This document shows, piece after piece, positions 12,545-27,100 of a stretch of DNA of 64,000 nucleotides. Origin of the DNA: Paraspadella gotoi (lineage: Eukaryota > Animalia > Chaetognatha); contig CM119266.1 in the NCBI GenBank assembly GCA_051294375.1, positions 10,004,607-10,068,606 of the forward strand. The letters are read 5' to 3'. The notes under the pieces are model-generated. The model ran no database searches. It saw nothing but the letters and a program-made list of their open reading frames with translations, and had not been told where the DNA came from. The first letter of the stretch is position 1; every line of letters starts with the position of its first letter. Both the position numbers and the translations under genes were made by a program.

Positions 12545-15085
12545 GATAACCAAGAAACAATTTTGCCTTCATTTATTTATTAAATTACCTGCATAAAAAA
12601 AAACAGTTAACAACGTATTACTATTAAAATTACCATTTTCGGCGGTGGACGAGGGATGGGGTTACGAAGAGAAATAAAAAAACCAAAAGTAATTTCTGTC
12701 GTGAACATGAAATATCTGAACTTTTTCAAAATCGTAAGAATAAAATAACGTAAAAAGAAAAAATAAAAAAAATAAGAAAATAAAAAAAAACTCCTCAAGA
12801 CTAAAAAATGTCGGGTCGAAAAAAAAATGGGAAAAAAGAAAGAAGAGGAAATTGTCAAAGCCTCATAAATTTTCACGGTAACGATTCTTCGTGTCTTTTA
12901 TTGAGCTTCTGCGACGCGGGATGGCGATGGGGGGGGAGGCGTGGGGGGCACTGGGCTGGGGGGTGTGGGAGAAGCGATGGTGGGGTCCGAGTGAGTACTG
13001 GGTAGTGAAGGATGCAGCGAGGAAGCGGGCGTCATATTTTCTCGTCGATCGTAAGGAAAATGTTTCGAGAGAACGCGGGCGTTCGGGAAAGTTTTTTTTT
13101 TTTTTTGCATTGAGTCAGCGCGTGCGCCCAGTTTGGCTCGAGGAGTTTCACGGGAGTCTGGGTTTCACAGAAAAAGTCCGGGCGGTGGAAGAGAATGTGA
13201 GGCGAGTCAAACGGGACGGTGAAGTGAACGCTGGATTGTCTCACTCGTAATAGGAAGAGGGAGAGGAAAAGAAAGAAGGCAAAGAAAGAAATTTAAAAAA
13301 AAAACAGTGAAGTGCACCGAAAAAAAAAACTAGAAAGGAATCCTTGTTCACTTTAATTTAATTAATTAATTTAATTAGTTTAAAGCTACATACATTTTAA
13401 AAACATTTACAACCGTTAAACTCCCCCCGCCAAAAAAAAACAGAATCGTTACATCGAATTAACTTGTACGACTGTAAAAAAAAAATACGGCCCAGAGCTT
13501 TCGTCGTTAAAAATTCTTTTAATACTGTATACTTTAAAAATGGAAGAAGAGCCTAAAAGTTTCCCGCGTAAAAACCTCGAGATTTTCGGATTTTATATCA
13601 CGCGATATATATTTTTTTAAGCCTTTTTTTTTCTTCTCTCTCTTCCATTATCGTCCCCCGATTTTTTCCCCAGAATTTTTCCCCCGAGGACAACGGTGGA
13701 GATTGAGAAGATAACTTACGACGACGACGACGACGACGACGACGAAGATGACGACGACGTGATGTTCGCAGCCCAGTCGGTAGTTACCAGGTCACCTCTT
13801 CGATTTCTGTCACAACCGGAAGTAGAAAGAAAGCTAGTTGTTTCGAAGGTCGCCAGCATCCTCTGATGTGCTGTTTAGAAACAAAGATTTTAGACTGACA
13901 GCCTGACCGAACANNNNNNNNNNCGGTTTTTATCTTTCTTTTAACCTTCCCTCTTGGTTTTAAGCTTTTCGGTTTCATATCACTTTTAATCTTTTCCGCC
14001 TTCGGGAATTTTTACGTTCTTATACAACTTGTTTTACAGTTTTGGATTTCTTTTAAACCAATGCTGTCTGCTGTTTTGTCTTTATTCCGTCCGTAGAAAA
14101 GTTTTCGTATTATTAACATTGATACTTACGTACGAATTTCTTTCAGTTTTTTGTTTTTTTTTGTTTTTTTTGTTTTTCCTAAAAATATACGCACCATTTC
14201 ATTGATCGGTAAGACTCGTCTTCTTAAAGTTTATAAATTAATTTAGGAAACTGGGGCCTGAAATTTTATTATCTTGTAACGATGGAAACCACCATTTACT
14301 GTCTAAAATCAGGTGCAAGATAGGTTATTTATTTATTAAAAGAATGTATAACATTTACANNNNNNNNNNNNNNNNNNNNNNNNNNNNNNNNNNNNNNNNN
14401 NNNNNNNNNNNNNNNNNNNNNNNNNNNNNNNNNNNNNNNNNNNNNNNNNNNNNNNNNNNNNNNNNNNNNNNNNNNNNNNNNNNNNNNNNNNNNNNNNNNN
14501 NNNNNNNNNNNNNNNNNNNNNNNNNNNNNNNNNNNNNNNNNNNNNNNNNCTTCGAGTTTGTTTACATTTCGGAGAGAGGCCGACAATTTGTTTGCCTCCC
14601 GAAAGCCATAAAAGCGCCCTCTAAATAGGGTTTGATGCACGATCTTCTTCTCTCGAATATTGGATCTCTTTTTTTTTTTCATTTTTATTATTTTCCCGCT
14701 CGCGGCGCTGGTGTCGAGATGTCGCCTCTTCTTTCCGCAGACAAAAAAATTTCGGAGATCGGGTTGTTTTTTTTGTTGCCAATTTTTGTTGTCAGAGATT
14801 CGGCGCTCTTTAGTTGGGAAATTTTTTTAATTTCCGATTTATAAACTCGAAAAAGTAGCCATCCGTATAGTAAATAAACGGTTTAATTAGGTACCGTAAT
14901 TTTCTCCAGAAGTCATTAAATATTTCAATATTGTATCTATTTTAGTTGATTTATATTATTTTAATATTAAAAACAGATCTTTATTTGTATTCATTTAGTT
15001 GATCAGTATCATTAGTCATGATAAGAGGGTGGGAAGGAGAGAGAGAGAGAGAGAGAGAGANNNNNNNNNNNNNNNNNNNNNNNNN

Positions 15086-15127
<42 letters not shown>

Positions 15128-16434
15128 CACCTTCTCTCTTGAATCAATGGTTTTAGATATATGGCATTTATTAGTCGATGGTCGATATCAGGAGCGGAGT
15201 CAGAGAGGAGAGAGATCGAGACGAGGAGAGAGAGAGAGAAGACGAGAGGAGCGACGAGAGACTCGGAGATGGAGACGAGAGATACGAGGAGGAGAGGAGG
15301 AGAGAGAGTGATGGAAGAGAGAGCGGACCCTCAGACCGACACAGAAATGTTAATGTAAAATGTTTACTTAGATAAATGCCTAAAAGAGAAAGGTTAGTCC
15401 GCCAGAAAGTTTAAAGAAAAGAGGGAGAGGAAAAGAGAAAGAGACAGAGAGAGACAAGAGACAGAGACAGACAAGAATGGTCAAAAAGAAGAACCAAGAA
15501 AAAGTAAAAAAGATGGAAATCGAGGGAAAGTGATCAAGACGATCTTTTTCCCGTTTTGCGTTTCTGTACGGAAATGTCCCTTAGAGACTCCGGCGACACA
15601 TCCGGGGATTAGCGAAAAGGCGATCACGCGCGAAGGGGGGGAAGGTGAGGAACAAACATCCGGTGAGAACTTTGTGAGGGCAGATGGTGGAAGGGAAAAT
15701 AATCGGGTGATCTCGAGGGACGAGGAGCAAGCAACCAGGATGTGACGAGCTGAGGTAAGGAAGGAGGAAAATTATGGATGGAGGTTTTGGTGGGAGGAAA
15801 GTTTTGAAAGTGTATATGTATATTTTTACATGGTTATTGCCACATTGTAGTTAGTTTATGCAAAGCAAAATTTTGCTTGATATACCTCTGGGTCGAGCTC
15901 TGGACTACTAAGCAACAGCATACGGGTTTGTTTTGAAATTCGCCGATTTTTTCTAGAGAAACCTTTTTTAAAATTTGGAAGCGAATCAAAAAAAAGGTTC
16001 ATAGTTTGACACTGGTTCAAAAAAAAAATAGTAATTAATAACTCCAACTCGAAAGGAGACGATGCGTGAAAAAAGGGAAAAAATGGTTACACAATTCCTT
16101 ATTATTAAAATTACGATATTGGTAACAATTTTTTTAAAATACTTATTACCAATTTAATTACGCTCTTTTAATTACTAGGCGTTAGGTCTCTTTAATAAAT
16201 TTTATAAATTTATATTTGAATTCATTATAAAAAACCTTCGTTAGGTTTTTTTTGTTTTTAATTTTTTATATAATTTTTATTTCAAAATTACGACGGCGAG
16301 TGAATTTAATCCGCTAGGCGGCTCCCCCTTTCGCGCTAAATCAAACGACGACGACGTCAACGACCCCCGCGGAAAAATAAAATTTCAGTATCTCCCCAGT
16401 ATTTGTATTCTGATTCTCAGAGAGAGGTTTTCTG

Positions 16435-16472
<38 letters not shown>

Positions 16473-19400
16473 CCTTCGTATTCATGCTTTATTTTCTTTT
16501 GTTTCTTTCAACTATTTGGTTCCTTTTCTGTGTTTTTTTTTGGCGCCTCGGCCTTCGATTTGGATTTCCGCTTTTTTATTTCGCTTTTATTTTAATTGTT
16601 TCGATTCTAGAACCTGTTCTAGCCGTCTCTTTCTCTCATTCTCTCCTCTCTCTCTCTCTCTTCTCTCTCGTCCTCTCCTCTCTCTCTCTCTCTCTCCTCT
16701 CGTCTGCCTCTCTCCTCTTTCCTCTCTCTCTCTCTTTCTCTCGAATTTTCCTTTCGAAAATCCAATTATCGCAAAAAATCGAAATTCAATCAGAAAGAAA
16801 GCCTCGCCCTGCGTTTTTTAAACCTTTGGACCTTCGTTCGTCCTCCAATTAGGTCGTTCCGTCGTCCGGTCGTCGTCGCGTTCGTCGTCCGTCGTCGTTC
16901 CGTCGTTTTCGTCTTCGTCATTCGTGGATAAACCAAGAAACAATTTTGCCTTCATTTATTTATTAAAATTACCTGCATTAAAAAAAAAACCAGTTAACAC
17001 GATATTACTATTTAAAATTACCCATTTTCCGGCCGGCTTGGACGAGGGATGGGGTTACGGAAGACGAAATAAAAAAAAACCAAAAGCTAATTTCTGTCGT
17101 GAACATGAAATACTCCTAACTTCTTTCAAAAAAATCGTAAGAATAAAATAAACCGTAAAAATAAAAAATAAAATAAAACGAAATGAGAAAAATTTTTAAA
17201 AAAAAACTCCTCAAGCTAAAAAATGTCGCTGTCGGAAAAAAAAAAATGGGGGAAAAAGGAAAGAAGAGGAAATTGTCAAAGCCTCTTAAATTTTTCACTG
17301 GTAACGAATTTCTTCGTTCTTTTATTTGAGCTTTCTGGCGACGCAGGGGATGGGCGATGCGGGTCTCGGGTGGCAGCGTTGGGGGAGGCCTCGATGCTAT
17401 CCAGTGTTTACCTGCGACTTGATATCTGGGCGGGGCACTGCGGCTGCTGGGAGGCTATGTTGGCGAAGAACACCAGTGGGGATGGTGCCGCTCGCCGGTC
17501 CGCAGTGAACAGAGACAGTACTGACGGTAGTGAAGGAATGCAACGCGAGGGGAAACTAGCCTATCCCCATATACGTAACTGGCCCTCAGACTCGTGGCTT
17601 CCTGTACGCGGATTGTATCTCCGCACTACGTCCAGAGCCGGCACCAACCACCTGAGCCCTCCTGCTCGGCGGCCCGTCATATTTTCTCGTCGATCGTAAG
17701 GAAATGTTCGAATGGATGCAACCGGTGCGCGTTCGAGGGAAAGGTTTTTTTTTTTTTTTGCATTAGTGGTTGCACCAGGCCGGCACGTGCCGCGCCCGTT
17801 TGGCCGAGGATAGGTTTCTGAGACATTAAATTATCGGTGAGTCTGGGGGGGTTCACAGAAAAAAGTCCGGCGGTGTGGAAGAGAGGAATGGAGGCGAGCA
17901 AACGGACGGGAAGTGAAACGGCTGGTGTGCGCTCCAGCTCTCACTCGTAATAGGAGAAGAGGGAGAGAAAAGAAGAAGAAGAAGAAAGAGGAGAAAGAAA
18001 AGAGAAAAAATAACAGGAGAAAAAAAAGATAAGGCGTAAAGATAAAAGAAGCAAAGATTTTTGATAAAAAACACCCAGTGAAGGGTATAGTCAAGGAACT
18101 TATTGTGTTGCATTGCTTTGCGTATTTGTGCCACCAGAAAAAAAAAAAAAAAAACTATAAAGAATCCTTGTTTCACTATTAATTTATAATTAATTTAATT
18201 TAAATTTAGTCTTTTAAAGCGCTCATACATTTTTTAATAAACATTTACAATCCGTTAAACTCCCCCCGCCAAAAAAACAGAATGACGTTACATCCGAATT
18301 TAACTCTTTGTACGACTGTAAAAAAAAAAATACGGCCCAGAGCTTCACTCCGTCTGTTAGTAAGATTAGAAGACTCTCATTTAGTACTGTATACTTTGTA
18401 TAAATGCGAAATGAAGAAGAGATCCTCCTAAAGTTTTACCCGTCGTGAGATAACAGTTTAATAATCAAAAGAAACTCTCGAGGAGTGTAAAATGATTTTT
18501 TTCGGAAAATGTTATATTCACGCGGAAAATTGATCTGTAGGACACTTCTTTTAAGCCTTTTTTTTTGCTCGTAACTATCATCACATAAAGTCCAGATAAA
18601 TATTTATCGTCCCCCGATTTTTCTCCCCACGTAAATTTTTTCTCTCCTCACGAGTGTACCAGACAATGATCCCGGTGTGAGAGGTTTGATTGAAAATATA
18701 GAACTTTACGCGACGACGACGAGCTGCGACGCGAAGAATGACGACGATGGATGTTCGCAGCCCGAAGTCTACGTGCTGATTGGAAGCCCTGAATTATAAT
18801 ATGTGTGTAGGAAAGTGGTTTAGCCATGGTAATTAAGCTGGGGTCAAAAACACCTCTTGTCGATTCTCCATGGTGGTACTATCAACCGGAAGTAGAATAA
18901 GAAAGTGCTAGTTGTTTGTTGTACGATAGTTGTAGTCGCAGCTATTCCTTGCCGATAATGGTGCTGTTTAGAAACATAATGATTTTAGACTTGACGAGAC
19001 CTAGAAGATACCGCAAACAATAAAGGATTGTATGTAAGTATAATAACACGACGACGACGACGACGACGAACGACAACTAATTTGACGAACGAACGGACGA
19101 CGACGACGACGACGAAAGTACCGCTCGGGCTCATGGTAATATGTGTGGAATAAGAAACCGGAACAAAAAACGGAGCAGCGCTGTTTTATTTTCATCCTAA
19201 CACCGGAACGAGTCTGGTCGCTTCCGGTCAGTGTATCTTAGAACTCCTTCTGTTCTCGTCTTATTCTCTCATTACATGACTGTTAAATTCGCCTCTCTCG
19301 TCTAGTACTGCACTCTGTTGCCCCCATCTCTCCTGTCTCTCTCTCTCTCTCGTCTCTCTCTTCCTACGAGCTTCTCTCTCACAATACTTTCATTCTCATA

Positions 19401-22050
19401 CTCTCTCTCTCTCTGGCTCTTGACTCCGCCAATCTTCTCCGCTTATGCTCGATAAGGATGGGGTCCGTTTTTTTTTTTTTTTGTATTTTATAGATTTTTT
19501 TGTTTCTTTTTTTCCCCTCTTGCGTTTTTTTTATCTTTTTCTTTTTTAACCTTCCTCTTGCGTTTTAAAAGCGTTTTGGTTTTTCAATATATCACTTTTA
19601 GATTCTTTTCCGTGCTCTTCGCTGATAGTCGGGAGAAATTTTTACAGTATGTCCGTTTCTTAGTAGCATACTTGTTTTTACAGTTTGGATCGTTTGGAGT
19701 GGGATTTCTTCATTTTTTTTTAATACCTTAATGCTTAGTCTGCTTGTTTATGTCTTAGTATTTACTCTCAAAGTTTTAGCTCGTATTGCCTAAATATTAT
19801 TAACAATGTCTCACTTATACGTGTTATGCGTACGTGGTGTCCGGAACAGTGCAAGTCATTTCGCTTCAGGTAGATCTCGATTTTTGTTTGTTTTTTGTTT
19901 TTTGTTGCCTTGGTTGTTTGCCTAAATGCACGAAAATAAGAATTCAGTAGGCCGCAAGCGCTCGTTCATTTGACAATCCTTTGACGCGTATGTAAGACTC
20001 GTTCCTGCTTAAAGGTTTATCATGAAATCTGAATTTTTTAGCGACAACTGGCCTGTAACATTTTTATATCTGTTGTAACGATGGAAAAACCACCATTTTT
20101 ACTGTTTCATAATCGAGTCTTGCATCAGATAGGTTATATTTTATTTACTTAAAAACGAATGATATAACATTACCAGTCGTTCCCGTCTCCCCACTTCCTT
20201 CTCTTTGCCCTGTTCCAACCACATCCAAATAAAAAATATAATGAACATAAATTCTTTGTTGACATTTGTTTTAAATCGAGCTCTGCAATTTATGTCCCCA
20301 ACCACGACGGCGCCTGGCATCTGCACACTGTTTGGGTGTGACCCCCTGGGTCCTAGGGTTAAGTGCCGCCCACGGTATGAGGCCCTTTGGTTCCGTTGTT
20401 TTACATTTTTGGTGGCTTGGGCGGCTGTCGCGTGTTTGAGTTGCGCTGTGCTAAACTTGGTAATAATCTTTTAGAAAAACTAGGAACATATGTTTTGTGT
20501 GTGTGGTTTTTATTCCTATCCCTTCTGAGATCAATCATTTTAATATTAACTTGATACTTGTTATTTTAGATTGGTAATACGAATTAATTATTTATGACTT
20601 CACGGATTTGATGTTTATATTTTTTTATGTTAAGAATTGATGCTGTTTTTATATACTTGGATAATATGGGGAGATCCGACATATTCTCAAACTTGTTTGA
20701 GATATGAAAATGTGATAATATTGCCATGGTCTGGTTCAAAGTATTCTGGGGAATTAAGAGTAGCGCGCCGATGTTTTCAAACTAGGTAAAACCTTCCAAG
20801 ACTTCATTATTTTTCAAACTTTTTTCCGAGTTTCTGATTAAAATTAGATTATGTGAACGTGGGGATATCAAGAGTAATACAAAATTACAAAACAATTTGA
20901 GTAAGATAAGGAACAAGATAATATACATTTGTTCTCCTTCAGAATTCATCGGACAATAATTCCAATTCTGTTATCTTTTGTAATCTCATATAGTTAATAT
21001 GGCTTTACTCGGTATATCGCTTAAAGCGTCCCCTGTGCCTTTATCCTGGTCGCCGTAGTTTCATCCATGTCGCTTTGCCTCAGTTTGCATGCGAAGATCT
21101 ACGAATCATCGCCATGATGCTAAATAAATCGATGTTCGAGCTCTCCTGGATACTTCTCGGATCAATGTTAGACAATAGATCTCTGAGAGCGTCTCCCGTG
21201 ACTCCATGGCTGTCCTGTCATGATACCTGAATTGCTAACTGTTGGCACTCGTTGAGACAGACGCGTACTCAATACATCTAGTGCTACTGATACATGACCC
21301 GACCGACTTATAATGTGATCATACGAATCCAGTTTTAACATGGTCGATGAGTATTCTCGCATTACGCTCCCGGTGACTCCCGTTCGATTTTATACACTAG
21401 TAGTCATCCACCTAGAAAATGTTTTTTGCTACTTTGGAAAGTCAGTACTTTCTGAAAAATTTCCTCAGCGGAAAAGGTTGATATAAAGAATGTATATGAC
21501 CTCTTTTTCGAAAATTCTGATTTCATTAAGTGGAGTCAAACGATCTAATCTTCTCCCTTCGAAAATATTGGAAAAATCAACATTCTGCTTATTTATTTAT
21601 TTTTTTATATTCTCCATTTATATATTTAAATATGGATGTTTCTGCCTCTTCGCAGGGTATATTGCTTTTTTATGTTGTTGGATTTTGGGCTAAAATGTGT
21701 CGACCTTAATTGAAATTATTTTATGTAGATGTCGCCTCTTCATTTTCGCAACGGCACTTCCTATGTTTATTCGCCTAAAAGAAATTTCCGGAGATCGGTG
21801 CACGGTTTTTTTTTTTGTTGCCATTTTTGTTAATTTATACAGAGATGGTCGAAATCTGTACCCTTCAAACTACAAAAGAAAAATGATTTTAAAATTTTGG
21901 ATCATTATTCCTGTCTTGAGATTCTGGTACGTGTTTAGTTCAGGAAAGTTTTTTTTAATTTGTGTCCGGTGGAGATTAACTACAACTCCGACAAAGAAGG
22001 TTAGCCTTACTGTATGTATATAATAATTGGGAGTAAGCAATAAGAATCAC
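15086..22050 (+). other. Error-rich, expanded duplicate of ~11140-14900 (probable long-read artefact)
   Basis: Follows the 25-N gap at 15061-15085. Shared anchors: cagaccgacacagaaatgttaatgtaaa (11249/15332), tcaaaattacgacggcga (12056/16282), aaaaatacggcccagagctt (13481/18326), agatgtcgcctcttc (14717/21727). Quality decays along the copy. Confidence 0.9.
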
Positions 22051-22819
22051 GGATCTCGTTATCTACACGATATATAATAAGACTGGAAGATCGTGGTGTA
22101 CTATCCGCGTGTGCCCCCCAATGCTATGTATGAGTGTGACAACTCGTTGCGAGCATTTTCGATTGCTCAATCTTCTCCGCCTGATACCACTCTGTCACGC
22201 TTCACGGACTCAGTTCGTATCAGCTAAGGTATCTATCTTTCTCAACTATCTGTTACTATAGTGATTATATAATACATATAAAAAACAACTTCTTATTAAT
22301 TTCATAGTCGTGTCCTATGTTATTCATTAGTCCTTTATTGAACATGAGTTTTTTTCTTGTTTCGTTTTATGGTGATAGTTTTTAAGCATCTCCATGGAAA
22401 GCGAAAAAAGCGGCAGAGGCCTAGTCACCAAAATTTCCCTTCTTCACTCCCTCTATCCATTCCCTTCAAGTCACGAGCTGGAAATTCTTAGGCTTGCGTG
22501 AGCCGAGGACGCGGCGAGGCGCGAGAACACGAGTCCACACCGCCTCCCGCCTAATGAAACGTATATTTTCTCCGGCGGAGGGGGGCGTGATGGGCTTCCG
22601 CGTGAGGGTCACGGGATATTCAAAAGGGAGCACGACGGCGACTTTTTTGACGATAACGTGTGTCGGTTAGGGTAGCGGATAGGGGAGGGAAAGGGGGGGC
22701 GAAGAGAGAGAAGGGAGGGTGGAGAAATGGGTGACGTTTCATCCCATACTTTTTCGACACGAGGAGAGAAGAGAAGAGAGAGAAGACGAGATGAGACAGA
22801 GAGAGAGAGAAGCATGAGA

Positions 22820-22858
<39 letters not shown>

Positions 22859-24105
22859 TAATGTGCCTAAATGACCTGATTTGCAGAGAAAGTTAAAATA
22901 AAGCTTTTAACTAAATTATTATTAAACATTGGTGAGGTATAACTAAATTTTAACAAGATAAAAAACTTTATGTTTCTCTTTATAAGACAAATTAGGCAAG
23001 CGAGTCACTCAATTAAAACAAACTGAAAACAAAAAAATTGTACACGCCTTACCGTGAAAGAATCAGTTTTTACTCGAAATTTCTTGGTTTAGCGAGGAAA
23101 AAAATCTAAAAATATTTATTGTAAAAATTTTATTTAAAAAAACCTTATTCATATTTATGCGAATACTTAAGAGAGAGATGCGGACGGGGGGTATCTAATA
23201 TACAATATATCAAATTGCTCGTCAGGTTTATTTAAAATTTGACTGATCCCTGACCTTAAGTGGAATATTTTAGACAAGAACCTCGGTTTTTTAGAACCAA
23301 ATTAATAATGATTTAGTATGGACTTAGTAGATGACCCCTTTCGTTTCTAGCGTTACAACGATTCTCTTTTTTCTGGATGAACAGCAAATAATACTTAACT
23401 AATTATTTAAGTATAATTAGCGATACTAATTGCTGGCCATTTTAAACGTTGAATTGGTATAGTATGGTATTATCTTATTCTTATGCCAAAATTCGACCGA
23501 TATATAAATAGGCCATATTACTCTAAGTTCGTAAGTAATCGCTGATCCCTAAAGAATATTAATAGTACGTTCTTTTTTTTTCCAACGTGACCCAGTTTCG
23601 TCTCCAAATGCTTCAATACTTTAACCTACCAGCAACTCGTCGCAGTTTCCTCCCTAGCAACAAAAGCATTCGGCGTTCAGATAAAACAATGAGCACCAAA
23701 AATACCATGGGATAGGACTCAACTTATTTTAAATGTATTGACTATGAATATGGATATGCTGCAAATAGACATACTCAATCTTAGCTTCTACGAATTCTAC
23801 GTCTACAAAGCTGGACAAGTAAATGCGAAGTGAATGGCGACTGGGTTCCCTTTTTCTACGAGTGAATTAAAATTGAAAACTACTTGGGCATCAAAACATC
23901 CAATGTATTTTATTTAATTACATATAATTACAACTAATAAAAAATAAAACAAAAAAATACATGCTTATTGCTCATTGAACGCAAATTAAAACATATTTTG
24001 GACGCTTTATTTTACGTACGCGTACGACGTACATTATTAGGCTACTGATAGCCTACTGATTAAAATTAAAATTTATTTTCTCCTACAATTTGGGAGGAAA
24101 GGACG

Positions 24106-27100
24106 TCATAAAGCGTGGTTCGGTTGGAGTATACGGTGCCGACTGGGGGTCTGGCTGAATCGGCGCCAACGGTTGCACCTCACTGGAGCGGCTGTGTCCG
24201 CCGTTATCTCAGAAGGTCGACATTGCCGGAAATAAATCTTGAAGCCTTCGGCAGGGTGAGCAACAGAATCCACGGGAATATAAAGACAGGGAGGCCTTTG
24301 AAGTGCCAGGACGGATTCGGAAAGAGTACAGACTCTCCGCCGGAAGAGTAACGCTGGAAAGGTTCCATGCTGAAATGTGCGGAAGGTTTTCAGTTGAGTT
24401 GAGCACAAAAATTATCACGAGTAACGCCGCTCGGAAATACGCCACGAATCGACGCCGGTCGTGATGCGAAAACGGGTCCTTTGGCGCGACCCCCACGCGC
24501 CTTTCCATTATCGCGTTAAGACTCCACCGACCTCTTTCCTCCTCCTCCAAAGATAACCCGCGTAATCTTTCCAGATCTTTCCTTGATCAAAGGCCAGATG
24601 TTTCGACCCCGGCACGTCTGGCGATGTAACCGTCGTCGGAAGATCTTCGGCTCCTTCTCCGCCACTTCCATGGTATTCTCGAGGACCAACGTGGTACCTG
24701 AAGCATCGACGTCCGCGAGTCGGCCAGCCTATCGCCGCTCTCGAGCCGCCACCAGAAGGCCTCGAAGATCCGCGGTTCAGCTCCATCCCGTCCATGTCCT
24801 CCTTTTCTTTTGAGGCACCGTCTCTTGGAGGATCCTTTTGGCTGGAGAGATCTTCTGCCTCCTTGAGATTTCTTTTGTAAAACTGGTGGGGAACCAGGCG
24901 TATCTTCTTCGTGCCCTTTGTCGAGGACTTAACCTTAAAGGAAAAAAACGAACCGTGCTGAGGGCTGGCGGTGGGCTGAACCGTTTGAGCAAGCAGTTCG
25001 GGATTTGGTCGGAGGCCGCTGGGCACATGGGCGGAAATAGCTCCGTTCCGTTCTCACACAAAAAGGCCAGCATAGCGCCCGCACGTGTCGTCAGCCACAT
25101 TTGGCGGAGGAGGGCAGTGTTCGCCGTCTGTTGGCGTCGCCGAAGAGGTTTTAGGGAGCAGATCGATGAAAGAGTAGGAGGTTACACTCCACCTGTTGCG
25201 GTCAATCGCGCCCCACGATATTTACAGTTGCTTTTTGTGGGAATAACCAGGTTAAATTTCCTTTCTTCGAGAATTTACTGCATGTTATAACACATTACAC
25301 TATTCATGTCTATAATTTAATAAATTTTTTCTGAATTCGGAGATAAGGGATGTGCTTAAAAGCCGGAAAATGATAAGAGTCTGTGGCTTGAAAAGTAATA
25401 TACGCAACGAAAGAAAAAGAAATAAATTTTTGCACTCTGTTAAAATTACCCAGAGTCGCGTTGGTCTCATGCTTCAAATCAATTCTTTCTATTCCGAATA
25501 ATGTTGTAACACACCGCAGGCGTGAAATCCAACCGCGCATTGCTGGTGGCGTTGATACTCGAGTCTCAGCACCCGAACTATAGTTTTCTTGGGCCCGACG
25601 TAGAGTTTCAAAGCTAAGATAAGTCAAGAATGAGACGGAAGGACCCTGCTATCACCCACCGTTCTATGCGCGAGCGACCCTCTTCTCTTGCGCACAAAGG
25701 AATCCGGCGGCCTCCCGGTGAGAGAAGTTTTCAACCACTCGACCGGACGCTGTTCGTACGAACGAAAAATTCGAACATAAACAATCCCGTCCCAAAACTA
25801 CGGGCCACTTGGCGGCCGTCGAACCGTCGTGTGCGGAGCTCGAAAGAAAGGCAGACGCCAGAAAACTGCCATCAGCCAAAGCACGCCGCGGCCAACCATT
25901 CAGTGAAACTGGGAGGTGTTGGTGTTAGGATAACTCGACAAGGGCCGAGACACGATCACGATACCTCGAATGGAAAGAATTCTGTCGTCTCGCTCGGCTA
26001 TCAGATTGTCTCGGTTGGCACGCGAATAACGAGGTAATTCCCTCAGATACGAACTGCGTTTGGACGAGTGGCTCTTTGACCTGAAGATGGAAACGATTCT
26101 CGTAAGCACAAGTTTGATGGAGTGATCCGGGTTTAATCCGCTAATGAAATCGGTTACAATCAACAGGATGTAAATAATCATTCAGTGTAATGAATAAAGC
26201 TCCATTTGCCCCGAAGCTGACTAATACACTCTAATAAACTAACTAAACTGAACTAACACTAATAACATTCACCATTGGAGCGAAAAAATCTTCTTCATTT
26301 GTAGACTGAGATTCAACATTAGGTTTACTGCTACGTTGTTTGAGATTCTCATAAAACACGTGGATTCCTCGTGTCTGGTCGCCCAAAGTTGTTAGCCAAA
26401 TCGTCTTGGTCCGTTCGTAAGTTGACAAGAAAACCGTGTTTTCCCTCCATGTCCTTGTTTACTTTTCGTGGCGCCATCGAAGATCATCCTTTTCGCCCTC
26501 GGGCCTTTGTCGCCGCTATCGAACCATTGGGTTACCTGAAATTTATCCGGGAGATATATAGCCGAGTCCCCACCATGGTTTCGTCGCGGTTTCGTCATAC
26601 GTAATTTAGAAAGGACGCCACCACCTATCTATATTTTCGTTCCACAGTGAGCGCCTCACTCTCGTTCTCTCGTTCTGATAGTGTGGAATGGTGCACATAC
26701 CTGAGGGTTCGCTCTTTCTGTTTGTGAATCGACGTGGCGGAAGGACGCAGGCCCCTCCGCGGATGCACTGTCGTCTTTATTTTATGAACCGCCGGAGTTG
26801 CGCCATATTTAACGTGGCTCCGCTAATGCCTTCCCATCTTCCCTCGCTCTGGAATTTTCCTCTTGGCCAATGGACGATACTGTTCAATGCTCTCTTGCCC
26901 GATGAAGCGATTTCGGTTGAACTGGTGGAGTTTGTTCGGAATTGTTTTGCAGTATACCAAGAGAGTTGTGCGGAAAGTTGCCATGGCCTACGACCGATCC
27001 AGTGGTGTCCGACCATTATTGAAACTCCCTAATCATGATCGGAGCCTCTTCCGGCAGCGTTCCGTCAATCGAGTAGGCGGCGGCCTCTCGATCTTTGATC

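Noticed and set aside
11140-22050. Recent tandem segmental duplication with rapid divergence
   Set aside because: Insertion-dominated, progressively worsening differences that start exactly at a 25-N gap fit a raw long read better than evolution.
23733-23785. CIDYEYG peptide resembling the choline/ethanolamine kinase IDxEY motif
   Set aside because: A single short motif followed soon by a stop, with no other kinase motifs nearby.
25190-26140. GAID and PGSLH fragments as PIF/Harbinger transposase motifs
   Set aside because: They occur in the reverse of the canonical order, and the key residues (GAIDG, PGS.HD) are not matched.
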